This document shows positions 28,281-36,335 of a stretch of 58,086 nt of DNA, in pieces. How positions within the stretch are numbered: the first letter of the stretch is position 1; every line of letters begins with the position of its first letter. The translations under genes were made by a program, and so were the position numbers. The notes beneath the pieces were generated by a model. That model saw only the letters and a list, made by a program, of their open reading frames with translations, did no database searches and had not been told where the DNA came from. Source of the stretch: Chthonomonas calidirosea (GTDB taxonomy: Bacteria; Armatimonadota; Fimbriimonadia; Fimbriimonadales; Fimbriimonadaceae); NCBI GenBank assembly GCA_945859975.1, contig CAMAPH010000016.1:1-58086 (forward strand), in the 5' to 3' direction.

Positions 28281-28835
28281 TCACTTGACCTTGACGTTCT
28301 GCGGCGCGGGCTTGGCTTCCACCGAAGGGGCCATTTCCTGCTTGCCGGCGTTCACCGTGGTCATCGCTTTACTGAGAACATGCTCGAGTTGCGACAGTAC
28401 GTCGTAGGCATATTTCTCGGCTCCGCGCCGCATCTGAAGCGAGTCTCGGTCGGCGGCGTTTCGAATCTCTTCGCTTTGAGCTTTACTGAGCTTCAGGACT
28501 TCGCTCTCGGCGACCATCTGCTGCTGCTTCAATCTCGCTTGTTCGAGGATCCGCTCTGCTTCTTGCTGCGCTTCTACGAGGATCCGTTCGGCATCCTTTT
28601 GCGCGTTCAAGAGTGTGAGGGCAACGTCCTCTTTGGCACTTTCGAGCAGCCGCTCACTTTCGCGGGCAGTGTTTGCTGCCGTTTTCATTTCTTGCGGCAA
28701 GCTCGCACGAATCTTAGTGATGAGCAGCGAAATCTCGTCCTTGTCTAAACCCCAATAAAGCGGAATGCCAGGAAGATGTGAAGGCTTCTCAATCGTTAAA
28801 TCGTGTAGTTGATCCAGGAGGCGAAGGGTGTCCAT
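28281..28835 (-). CDS. Coiled-coil protein downstream of coaD (SepIVA/DivIVA-like)
   Basis: LLDQL.DL...P ... I..L...IR..LP.E...A ... A...AERI...A repeats ... SEV...A ... GA..YA..VL..LE..L...V..G; position after coaD matches the known synteny. Confidence 0.7.
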   Translation of the reverse strand: MDTLRLLDQLHDLTIEKPSHLPGIPLYWGLDKDEISLLITKIRASLPQEMKTAANTARESERLLESAKEDVALTLLNAQKDAERILVEAQQEAERILEQARLKQQQMVAESEVLKLSKAQSEEIRNAADRDSLQMRRGAEKYAYDVLSQLEHVLSKAMTTVNAGKQEMAPSVEAKPAPQNVKVK

Positions 28836-28853
28836 TGAGAGCAGTTGTCTAGT

Positions 28854-29375
28854 TTAGCCGTGTTGCGAAGTTTCCATCGCCGGAATATGATCCCGTGCTT
28901 CGAGCGCCGCCGCGACAATGGGGACAACTGGCTCGGGAACGAGGGTGGAATAGTCTCCGCCGAGGACCGCCACTTCGCGGACCATCGAACTGCTGAGGTA
29001 GCTGTAATCCCAGCGAGTCATAAGAAAGACGCTGTCGACGTCGCTCGCGAGTCGCCGATTGATCATCGCCATCTGAAATTCGTACTCAAAATCGGCCGTC
29101 GCCCGAAGGCCCCGAACAATCGACTTTGCGCCGACGCTCCTGGCGTATTCAACCAACAGCCCGCTGAAGCTTGCGACTTCCACGTTCGGAAAGTGGGCAG
29201 TGGAAAGCCGAAGGGCTTCGATGCGTTGATCGGTGGTCAGCAACGGCTGCTTAGCCGAATTGACGCCCACCGCGATGATCAGTCGATCAAACAGGTGAGT
29301 TGCCCGCTCGATGACATCAAGATGCCCGAGAGTCGGCGGGTCGAAACTCCCGGGATAGATGGCAAGCATTTTCAT
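28854..29375 (-). CDS. coaD: Phosphopantetheine adenylyltransferase
   Basis: AIYPGSFDPPTLGHLDVIERA, IVRGLRATADFEYE, LSSSMVREVA. Confidence 0.97.
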   Translation of the reverse strand: MKMLAIYPGSFDPPTLGHLDVIERATHLFDRLIIAVGVNSAKQPLLTTDQRIEALRLSTAHFPNVEVASFSGLLVEYARSVGAKSIVRGLRATADFEYEFQMAMINRRLASDVDSVFLMTRWDYSYLSSSMVREVAVLGGDYSTLVPEPVVPIVAAALEARDHIPAMETSQHG

Positions 29376-30955
29376 CACTTTTCGGCAATTTCTACCGTGG
29401 TATGCACCATTGTGCCAAAAAGATTCGTGCGCAAGCCCTTGACCTGAGGTTTGACCAAAATCATGTCCCGACCGAAGTAAGCCGGAATGCGGGCCGCGTC
29501 TTCGAGAAGGAGATCTTCGGCTTCTTGGTACATGGCCCGCCGCTTTTCTACATCTGGCTCGACATCTGCCCGTGCGCAGAGATCATCGACTTTGGCATTT
29601 GAATACCCGTCGCGGTTTTCGACCGCTGTGCTGGTCAGCAGGAAGCTAATGAAGTTTTCGGGATCGAGGTAGTCGGCGAACCAACTCAGACCAACGAACT
29701 GGAGCTTCTTGGCGTTTCTTGCTTCAAGGAAGGTTCGCCATTCCATTGCCCGAGTCGCGACTTCAACTCCGAGATTCTTCTTCAGATCGGTCACCGTCGA
29801 GACGGCGAGAAGCTGGCTATCCGGCCGACCTTCTCGGTACGTAATCGTGAGCGGCGGCAGGCCCTTTCCGCCGGGATATCCCGCCTGGGCGAGCAGATCG
29901 CGCGCCGTGGCTGGATCGAACGGAATGCCCTTGATGTCCGGTCGATGGCCATCAATGCCCGCCGGGATGAAGCCTTTAGCCTCGGGGAGGTGGATGATGT
30001 CCCCGGCAATCTTTGCGCGGTTAATTGCCATCGCAAAGGCCTTCCTAACCCGAACGTCCTTGAACGGAGCGTAGAGCCCCTGGTTCATTCCGATGTAGTA
30101 AATCGCCGGTCGGTCTACTGCCTTTAGTTCGGCTTTGAGCTTTGCATCGGACTCTACGGCAGGAAGGTCTTGCCGCTCAAGGGTGAGAATGTCCAGCTCA
30201 TTGTTTCGATACTTCAGTAGGCGCGTGGAAGCGTCCTTGATTACGGGGCGAATCAGCTTTCCGATCTTCGGCGGTCCCAGATAGTAGTCCTCAAACGGAG
30301 CCATTTCGAGCTGCTGATCCTTTTCGTACTTCGCCAGCTTGAATGGTCCCGTGCCGATCACTTCCTCGATGTCGTTGATCTCCTCGTCTTTAGCGGTTTC
30401 CTTTGCGACCACGAAGGCGCATGGGTAAGTCAACTTTCCGAGGAAGTACGGTCGAGGCTTGTCGATGGTGATCTTGATCGTTTTGCTGTCCACGACCACG
30501 AGACCGGAAATCTCTTTCGCTTTGCCTTCAAAGCGCTCAGCAAAGCCAACGATGTCGGCCAAGTAGCTGCCGGCCGTTGGTGAACCAAACTTGGGATCGC
30601 TGTTGCGCTCCAGGCTGAACTTCACGTCCTCGGCGGTGACGTCTCGTCCGTTGTGAAACTTCGCGTTCGCACGGAGCTTCATGACGTAGGTCTTGCCGCC
30701 GTCCTCCATTGTCCAGCTTTCGGCTAGCTGGGGGATGATCTTGTTCTCCTCGGAGTAACTCACCAGACCTTCGTAGAGGTTCTGAATGAGGTCGCCGGTG
30801 TCGACATCCTGCACTTTGCCGGGGTCCAGCGTTGTGGGCGAGGTGTGCATCGCGTACCGGAACGTGGACGTCGAGGACGTATTCCGTTTGCTGAACCCAC
30901 CCTGGCTGCAGCCAGCGAGCAATACGGGAACGAGGAGCCAAGAACTTCGTTTCAA
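29375..30955 (-). CDS. Peptide ABC transporter substrate-binding lipoprotein (SBP_bac_5)
   Basis: Lipobox LAGC; TLDP, LYEGLV, PQLAESW, KFHNG..VTAEDVKFS, GTGPFKL, PFKDVRVRKAFAMAINR. Confidence 0.92.
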   Translation of the reverse strand: MKRSSWLLVPVLLAGCSQGGFSKRNTSSTSTFRYAMHTSPTTLDPGKVQDVDTGDLIQNLYEGLVSYSEENKIIPQLAESWTMEDGGKTYVMKLRANAKFHNGRDVTAEDVKFSLERNSDPKFGSPTAGSYLADIVGFAERFEGKAKEISGLVVVDSKTIKITIDKPRPYFLGKLTYPCAFVVAKETAKDEEINDIEEVIGTGPFKLAKYEKDQQLEMAPFEDYYLGPPKIGKLIRPVIKDASTRLLKYRNNELDILTLERQDLPAVESDAKLKAELKAVDRPAIYYIGMNQGLYAPFKDVRVRKAFAMAINRAKIAGDIIHLPEAKGFIPAGIDGHRPDIKGIPFDPATARDLLAQAGYPGGKGLPPLTITYREGRPDSQLLAVSTVTDLKKNLGVEVATRAMEWRTFLEARNAKKLQFVGLSWFADYLDPENFISFLLTSTAVENRDGYSNAKVDDLCARADVEPDVEKRRAMYQEAEDLLLEDAARIPAYFGRDMILVKPQVKGLRTNLFGTMVHTTVEIAEK

Positions 30956-30993
30956 GGCGGATATGTTACACCCGGTTTTGCAAAATCAAAGCG

Positions 30994-31025
30994 AAAAAAA
31001 GACCCCGTTTGAATTCAAACGGGGT
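30994..31025 (-). terminator. Intrinsic terminator downstream of secA
   Basis: Perfect 24-bp palindrome ACCCCGTTTGAATTCAAACGGGGT (31002-31025) followed on the minus strand by C and 7 T. Confidence 0.88.
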
Positions 31026-31064
31026 ACCTGATGAGTAATTGCAGTCTGTCACAACCGCATTGAC
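30994..31064 (-). ncRNA. Candidate ~70-nt small RNA (ECF promoter to terminator)
   Basis: Lies between a GGAAC-N16-CGTCAA motif and a strong terminator; 5' hairpin GTCA..TGAC, unpaired middle, terminator stem. Confidence 0.4.
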
Positions 31065-31070
31065 ATCTTG

Positions 31071-31097
31071 TTGACGACGAGTTTCTCCAGAGGTTCC
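31071..31097 (-). promoter_or_regulatory. ECF-sigma-type promoter GGAAC-N16-CGTCAA
   Basis: Minus-strand GGAAC at 31097-31093, 16-nt spacer, CGTCAA at 31076-31071, starting 3 nt after the secA stop. Confidence 0.5.
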
Positions 31098-31100
31098 CGG

Positions 31101-34100
31101 TTAGATCACGCCATCGGCACGAAGTTGCTTGTAATGGCACTCCTTGAACTTGTGACCACTTCCGCAAGGACAAACGTCATTTCGACCGACACGCTTCGCA
31201 TCGATGTCCTTGGGGAACGGCAATGTGCCGGGCTCGGCCTTCGTCATCGTTGCCACGCCACCCGACTCGGTGCCTTCCGGTAGCGCCGGAGCACCGCCGA
31301 GGAGATCGAGTTCGAGTGGAGTTGGATTCTCCACCTGAATGTTCATGCGGAAGATGAGCTTTGCCGCATCGGTTCGGATTCCCTTATCGGTGCGCTGGAA
31401 GAGATCGTAGGTCTCTCGCTTGTAAGCGACCAGTGGGTCAACCTGACCGTAACCGCGGAGGCTGATACCGTCTCGAACGTACTCGACCATCTGTAGGTGG
31501 TCCATCCAGCGATCGTTGACCGCCTTGAGGATGACAAACCGCTCGAGTTCGTTCATTGCGTCGCTCAGGCGAGCAACCTTTTCGTCGTAAGCCTTCATCG
31601 CGACGCCGTAGAGAAACTCGACCAGGTCTGGGCCAGGCTGGTACTGCTCCAACTCGCTTAGGGTGACGTGGTCAACCAGCGGGAAGAGCTCGTTCGCGTC
31701 TTCAAACAGCGCCGAGTGGTCATAGAACTGCTCGCCGGAGGTTTCGTCCACCATCCAAGCATCGTCCACGAGTTCGGCCATTGCTTCGCGCAAGTAGGAC
31801 TGAAGCTCCGTTCGGACATCCTTGCCCAACAGCACTTCTCGTCGCATTCCATAGACGTGTTCGCGCTGGGCGTTCAACACGTCGTCGTATTCGAGAACGT
31901 GCTTTCGGGCCTCGAAGAAGTGGTTTTCGATGCGCTGCTGGGTCTTCTCGATCATGCGCGAGAGGAACCGCGTGTCCACCATTTCCATTGGTGGCCACAT
32001 CTTCAGCGCCGGGTTCTCCATCATGTTCGCGTTAAAGATCTTCCAGAGGTGATCTTCGAGCGCAACAAAGAATCGCGACTCGCCTGGGTCGCCCTGTCGT
32101 CCGGCTCGACCTCGGAGCTGGTTGTCAATTCGGCGAGACTCGTGTCGCTCCGTTCCGAGGATAAACAGACCTCCGAGGGCGCGGACTTCTTCGGCGGCAG
32201 CGCGGCGCTCTTGGTCGTCGAGCGGAAGCGGCGGAGCGGCTCGCTCCATGCCTCCACGTCGGAAGCTAACGTAGGTGTCTCCGTACTCGTCGAGTCCGTC
32301 TTGAGCAACTTCGGTTTGAGCACGAGCTTGTCGGACAAGCTCGTCCTCGATGCGTCCGCCAAGGAGAATATCAACGCCTCGACCGGCCATGTTCGTGGCA
32401 ATCGTGACGGCGCCCTTTCGTCCGGCTTCCGCGATGATGACGGCTTCGCCTTCGTGGTTCTTTGCGTTCAGAACGTTGTGAGGGATTCCGTGCTTGAGCG
32501 CTTCTCGGAGATATTCCTCGGCTTCGGTCGGAAGCTTGAACTCGTTGAGGCACCACGAGATGTGGTCGCCCTTGAAAAGGTCAGCTTCCAGATCGATCTT
32601 GGCAAGCAAAGTGTTGAGGCTTTGCTTATCGATGTCGGGAAGATTCGTTTCGTAAAGTCGCTTCGCTTCTGCGCCGTTTTCGCCCTTGAGGTCCTTCTTG
32701 ATCTCAACTCGCTCTCGGAGTCGATAAATCAATACCAGTCGCTGAAGCATGTCGCCGGTCAATCGCGCGGAGACTCGCTCCGACATTTCGATGGATCGCG
32801 TTCCAACCAGAACGGGCTGTTGCTTGGAATAAAGGCGAAGGAGTTCCCAGCCGATGCCTCGGAATTTTGCCTCAATGGTCTTGTAGATCAGGTCGGCTTG
32901 GTCTTCTCGCTTGCTCGGACGGTGGGTGGGCACCGAGACCACGTCGAGGCCATAAATCTTTCGGAATTCGTCCTCTTCGGTCTTGGCCGTACCGGTCATT
33001 CCGCCCAGCTTTTCGTAAAGTCGAAACAGGTTCTGGAAGGTGATGGTCGCCACGGTTTGGCTTTCTCGCTGAACGGTGACGCCTTCCTTCGCTTCGAGGG
33101 CCTGGTGCAGGCCATCGCTAAATCGGCGACCGAACATCATTCGACCCGTGTTCTCGTCGACGATCACGACCTCGCCGGAGCGGACCACGTAGTCGATGTC
33201 CTTATCGAAAAGCGCGTGCGCTTTAACGCTGGCGTTGACGTGGTGGAACAATCGCGGATCAGCGGCGATGTTCTCGATCTCCATCATCTGCTCGATCATG
33301 TCCATGCCTTCTTCGGTAAGGCTGGCGCTGTGATTCTTCTTGTCCGCCGTGAAGTGGACCTCGGGTTGAAGCTGCTTGACGTATTCGTTGACCTTTGCGT
33401 AAACGCTAACGTCTTCGTTCGACGGACCGCTGATGATGTGCGGGGTTCGTGCTTCGTCGATGAGGATCGAGTCGACTTCGTCAACGATCGCGAAGTTCAG
33501 TTCGCGCATGACAAGTTCGCCTTCGCTGAACGCCATGTTGTCGCGAAGATAGTCGAAGCCAAATTCGTGGTTCGTTCCGTAAACGATGTCGCAGCCGTAG
33601 GCATCGCGTCGCGAACATGGCACGAGGTTCATGTATCGCGGGTCTTCCATGGCGTTCGCGCCGGGAACGTAAAGGTAGGAACCGCCTAGCTCGTCGCTGT
33701 CTTGGCTTTGGCCCTGGATGATTCCGACGCTCAAGCCCATGAAGTGGTAGATCGGCCCCATCCAGACGGCATCTCGTCGAGCAAGGTAGTCGTTGACCGT
33801 AACAAGATGCGCGCCCTTTCCGGGAAGTGCGTTAAGGACCATCGGCGCGACGGCAACGAGGGTCTTTCCTTCACCGGTCTTCATTTCGGCGATTCGGCCC
33901 TGGTGGAGAACCGTTCCTCCAATCAGCTGAACGTCGAATTGGCGCATGCCGAGTGCTCGGCGACTGACCTCTCGGACAACCGCGAATACTTCGGGCAGCA
34001 TCTTGTCGAGGCTTTCGCCGCCAGCGACACGCGACTTGAACTCGTGCGAGATTGCCTTGAGTTCGTCGTCCGTGAGGTTGGTGTAGTTGGCTTCGAGGCC

Positions 34101-34178
34101 GTTGATTTTGGTGATGATGGGCGAGACGGCGTCTACGTCGCGTCGGCTAGTGTCGAAAAGTTTGCGTAAAAAGTTCAT
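31101..34178 (-). CDS. secA: Protein translocase ATPase SecA
   Basis: MKTGEGKT, VTVNDYLARRD, DEVDSILIDEARTP, GMTGTAKTE, IATNMAGRG.DI, RHESRRIDNQLRGRAGRQGDPG, C-terminal SEC-C GRND.CPCGSG.KFK.CH. Confidence 0.99.
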   Translation of the reverse strand: MNFLRKLFDTSRRDVDAVSPIITKINGLEANYTNLTDDELKAISHEFKSRVAGGESLDKMLPEVFAVVREVSRRALGMRQFDVQLIGGTVLHQGRIAEMKTGEGKTLVAVAPMVLNALPGKGAHLVTVNDYLARRDAVWMGPIYHFMGLSVGIIQGQSQDSDELGGSYLYVPGANAMEDPRYMNLVPCSRRDAYGCDIVYGTNHEFGFDYLRDNMAFSEGELVMRELNFAIVDEVDSILIDEARTPHIISGPSNEDVSVYAKVNEYVKQLQPEVHFTADKKNHSASLTEEGMDMIEQMMEIENIAADPRLFHHVNASVKAHALFDKDIDYVVRSGEVVIVDENTGRMMFGRRFSDGLHQALEAKEGVTVQRESQTVATITFQNLFRLYEKLGGMTGTAKTEEDEFRKIYGLDVVSVPTHRPSKREDQADLIYKTIEAKFRGIGWELLRLYSKQQPVLVGTRSIEMSERVSARLTGDMLQRLVLIYRLRERVEIKKDLKGENGAEAKRLYETNLPDIDKQSLNTLLAKIDLEADLFKGDHISWCLNEFKLPTEAEEYLREALKHGIPHNVLNAKNHEGEAVIIAEAGRKGAVTIATNMAGRGVDILLGGRIEDELVRQARAQTEVAQDGLDEYGDTYVSFRRGGMERAAPPLPLDDQERRAAAEEVRALGGLFILGTERHESRRIDNQLRGRAGRQGDPGESRFFVALEDHLWKIFNANMMENPALKMWPPMEMVDTRFLSRMIEKTQQRIENHFFEARKHVLEYDDVLNAQREHVYGMRREVLLGKDVRTELQSYLREAMAELVDDAWMVDETSGEQFYDHSALFEDANELFPLVDHVTLSELEQYQPGPDLVEFLYGVAMKAYDEKVARLSDAMNELERFVILKAVNDRWMDHLQMVEYVRDGISLRGYGQVDPLVAYKRETYDLFQRTDKGIRTDAAKLIFRMNIQVENPTPLELDLLGGAPALPEGTESGGVATMTKAEPGTLPFPKDIDAKRVGRNDVCPCGSGHKFKECHYKQLRADGVI

Positions 34179-34258
34179 GTGGATAGGCCGGAGGTTTTCC
34201 GTGGGTTGGACCCCGCGCTAGGCGCAAGGAAAGGGAAGCCGAGGGAGCAGGGTTTTGC

Positions 34259-34552
34259 TCAGGCCACGGGTCCGGCACGGTTTCGGCGGCACTTTCTGCG
34301 GCCCGCTACTTCGCTTGGGCATTCATCGGAATCGATCCTAGTGCTCGGTTGCTTGGGTGCTTGGGCGGCGATGGGTTCCGGTTTTGCCGGGGTTTCGGGA
34401 ATCTCCCGAGAAATTTCGTTTACCCACGCCAGCGTCAAATTCCGGCTAATGCGGCTGATAGCGAGTTGCCGAGCCGCGTCCGAAACGCTAGGGTCGTGTG
34501 CCCATGTGCCCTGCCAAAGGATCAGGAATAGGGCGGGAAGAAACGAAAACAT
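34259..34552 (-). CDS. Putative SecM-like translation-arrest leader peptide (signal-like N-terminus, C-terminal RAGP)
   Basis: 97 aa MFSFLPALFLILWQGTWA...RRNRAGPVA*; 80 nt upstream of secA on the same strand; CATAAT 10 nt before the ATG. Confidence 0.75.
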   Translation of the reverse strand: MFSFLPALFLILWQGTWAHDPSVSDAARQLAISRISRNLTLAWVNEISREIPETPAKPEPIAAQAPKQPSTRIDSDECPSEVAGRRKCRRNRAGPVA

Positions 34553-34613
34553 GCGACTGCCTATTATGACGCTTGCCGAGGGAAGGAGATGACTGGGGCC
34601 TAAGGCACTTGGA

Positions 34614-34916
34614 TTACGCGTCGTTCTTTGGACCGTCCGCTCGATGGGCGGATGCAGCAATTAAGTTTGCCCCTCGGTTCGCGATCCAGCTTCCGACTGC
34701 ACCCATAACCAGGAGCAGTACGATTCGAATGAGAATTCCCGCCAAGTTCGTTTGGGCGGTGTTGTAATTGATGTCCTTTCCGGCTTCGACACCAAGCGCT
34801 TGTGCCGGGGGAGTTCCGAACATTTGCAATGCGAGCTGGAACGTGTAACCGAGGATTGCGACGCCACCTAAAAAGGTGAGAAGTCCGAGCACCATGCTAA
34901 ACGGATCGCGTCTCAT
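34614..34916 (-). CDS. Hypothetical membrane protein (2 TM)
   Basis: Two hydrophobic helices; CATAAT 6 nt before the ATG. Confidence 0.7.
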   Translation of the reverse strand: MRRDPFSMVLGLLTFLGGVAILGYTFQLALQMFGTPPAQALGVEAGKDINYNTAQTNLAGILIRIVLLLVMGAVGSWIANRGANLIAASAHRADGPKNDA

Positions 34917-34952
34917 GTTGGCATTATGGCGAGCTTAGCTCGGACTTGTTCC

Positions 34953-36227
34953 CTAGGCTTCGGTTATTGTCGTTTCGGCTTGCGCGGGATCCTTGAGCGT
35001 CCAGGCCGCCATCGCGGGGAACAGAATGGCGGCAGCACCCAAAAGGTACGGGTATTCCGGCCGCGCCGCGAAAAGTGGGTTGCCAATAATCGGGCCAACG
35101 AGCCGGGCTAGCGCGCCGAGGGACTGCGTGATCCCAAAGATTCCGCCTTGGATTTGAGGAGGCGCATTTCGGGAGACAAGGCTGGAAAGTGAAGGCTGAG
35201 AAAGTCCGCTCCCAACGCCCTGTAGGATCACGACGCCAATCACGGGAAGCCACAGGGGTGCATAAGGTACGAGCGCCAAAGCGGGAACGAGCATGATCAT
35301 CCCGACCCGCAGCAGGTTGATCTCCCCAAACTTTGCTTGGAGCTTCGGCAAGAATCCGCCTTGAATCACGGCGCCGGTGATACCTACGATCCCCAGAATG
35401 TAACTGCCGTACTCCTTCGCATGCGTGACGTTTAGGTGAAAGACCGACCTCGGATCGGCAAGTAGCCGAAAGAACGTGGTCTGTAACATCGCGAAGCCGA
35501 AGTTAAATGCGAAGAGCATGCAGAGCAAGAGCACCAAGCCCTTGGTGGAGAACGCAATTCGCATCTCTTGCATCCAAGAAGCACGCTTGATCTCGGTCCC
35601 GGGTTTAAGGCTTTCCGGTAATCCGAAAATGATGTAGACCGCGTTGATCAGCGCAAGGCCAGCTCCGACGTAGCCGAGCAGCATCGGGGAATCGTTTCCA
35701 ACTCGGATGAGCAATCCGCCGATGACGGGTCCCAGGATGAATCCCATGCCCAGGGCCGCTCCAACCATCCCGAGACCTTTGGCCCGATCCTGAGGAGCGG
35801 TAACGTCGGCCACATAAGCGAAGGCGACACCGAGGTTCGCGGCCGCGATGCCGGCGATCAGGCGACTGCCTAAGGAGAGCCAAAATTCCGTGGCATTGGC
35901 ATAAACGACATAGCTCAGAACCGACAAGATCGTCGTCGCGAGGAGAATCGGTCGACGGCCGATTCGGTCGCTCAGTCTGCCAAGGATTGGGGAAGCAAAC
36001 AGTTGGCAAAGGCTGAAGCCGGCGATCAACAGGCCGACCATGTAGCCGACTTCGCGATTCGAGCCCGCTTGGTCGAGGGGAATTTTCAGCATTTTTGCAG
36101 CAAGCGACTCTCCTCGCAGCTGCAGGTCCGGAATGAATAGTCCGAAGCTGAACAAGTCTAGGAAAACGGTCAGCAGGATCCCTATGAGTAGTGAACGAGA
36201 AGGTGGGCTGGCCGTTGACTCAGACAT
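34953..36227 (-). CDS. MFS transporter (TetA/DHA1-like)
   Basis: Motif A GRLSDRIGRRP, AYVADVT...RAKGLG..GAA.G.GFILGP..GG; about 12 TM. Confidence 0.9.
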   Translation of the reverse strand: MSESTASPPSRSLLIGILLTVFLDLFSFGLFIPDLQLRGESLAAKMLKIPLDQAGSNREVGYMVGLLIAGFSLCQLFASPILGRLSDRIGRRPILLATTILSVLSYVVYANATEFWLSLGSRLIAGIAAANLGVAFAYVADVTAPQDRAKGLGMVGAALGMGFILGPVIGGLLIRVGNDSPMLLGYVGAGLALINAVYIIFGLPESLKPGTEIKRASWMQEMRIAFSTKGLVLLLCMLFAFNFGFAMLQTTFFRLLADPRSVFHLNVTHAKEYGSYILGIVGITGAVIQGGFLPKLQAKFGEINLLRVGMIMLVPALALVPYAPLWLPVIGVVILQGVGSGLSQPSLSSLVSRNAPPQIQGGIFGITQSLGALARLVGPIIGNPLFAARPEYPYLLGAAAILFPAMAAWTLKDPAQAETTITEA

Positions 36228-36335
36228 GGGGTGTACTGGAGATTGTACTGGGTCGTCTGATAGAAGCACCGATCTGCGGATTCAAGAATTCGTATTCTCA
36301 AGTCTGCGCCGGTGTTGTATAGTGGTACCGACCAG

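Noticed and set aside
31028..31086. CTGATGAG hammerhead-like core on the plus strand
   Set aside because: No GAAA core or stem II on the same strand; the GAAAC is on the opposite strand
31024..31097. Resemblance to a glycine riboswitch (GAACCTCTGGAGA ... TCAGGTA on the minus strand)
   Set aside because: Lacks the CACCGAAG core and the 3' strand needed to close P1; the ECF promoter plus terminator reading fits better
32490..32768. SecA insertion as an intein
   Set aside because: No N-terminal Cys block and no C-terminal His-Asn followed by Cys/Ser/Thr (the nearby HN is part of the SecA motif HNVLNAK)
31668..33689. 673-aa plus-strand ORF
   Set aside because: Antisense shadow of secA; no recognisable motifs; expected from codon bias in GC-rich genes
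34553..34660. Longer 133-aa version of the RAGP ORF
   Set aside because: Overlaps the upstream membrane gene and contains the -10 box; the ATG at 34552 puts the hydrophobic segment at the N-terminus
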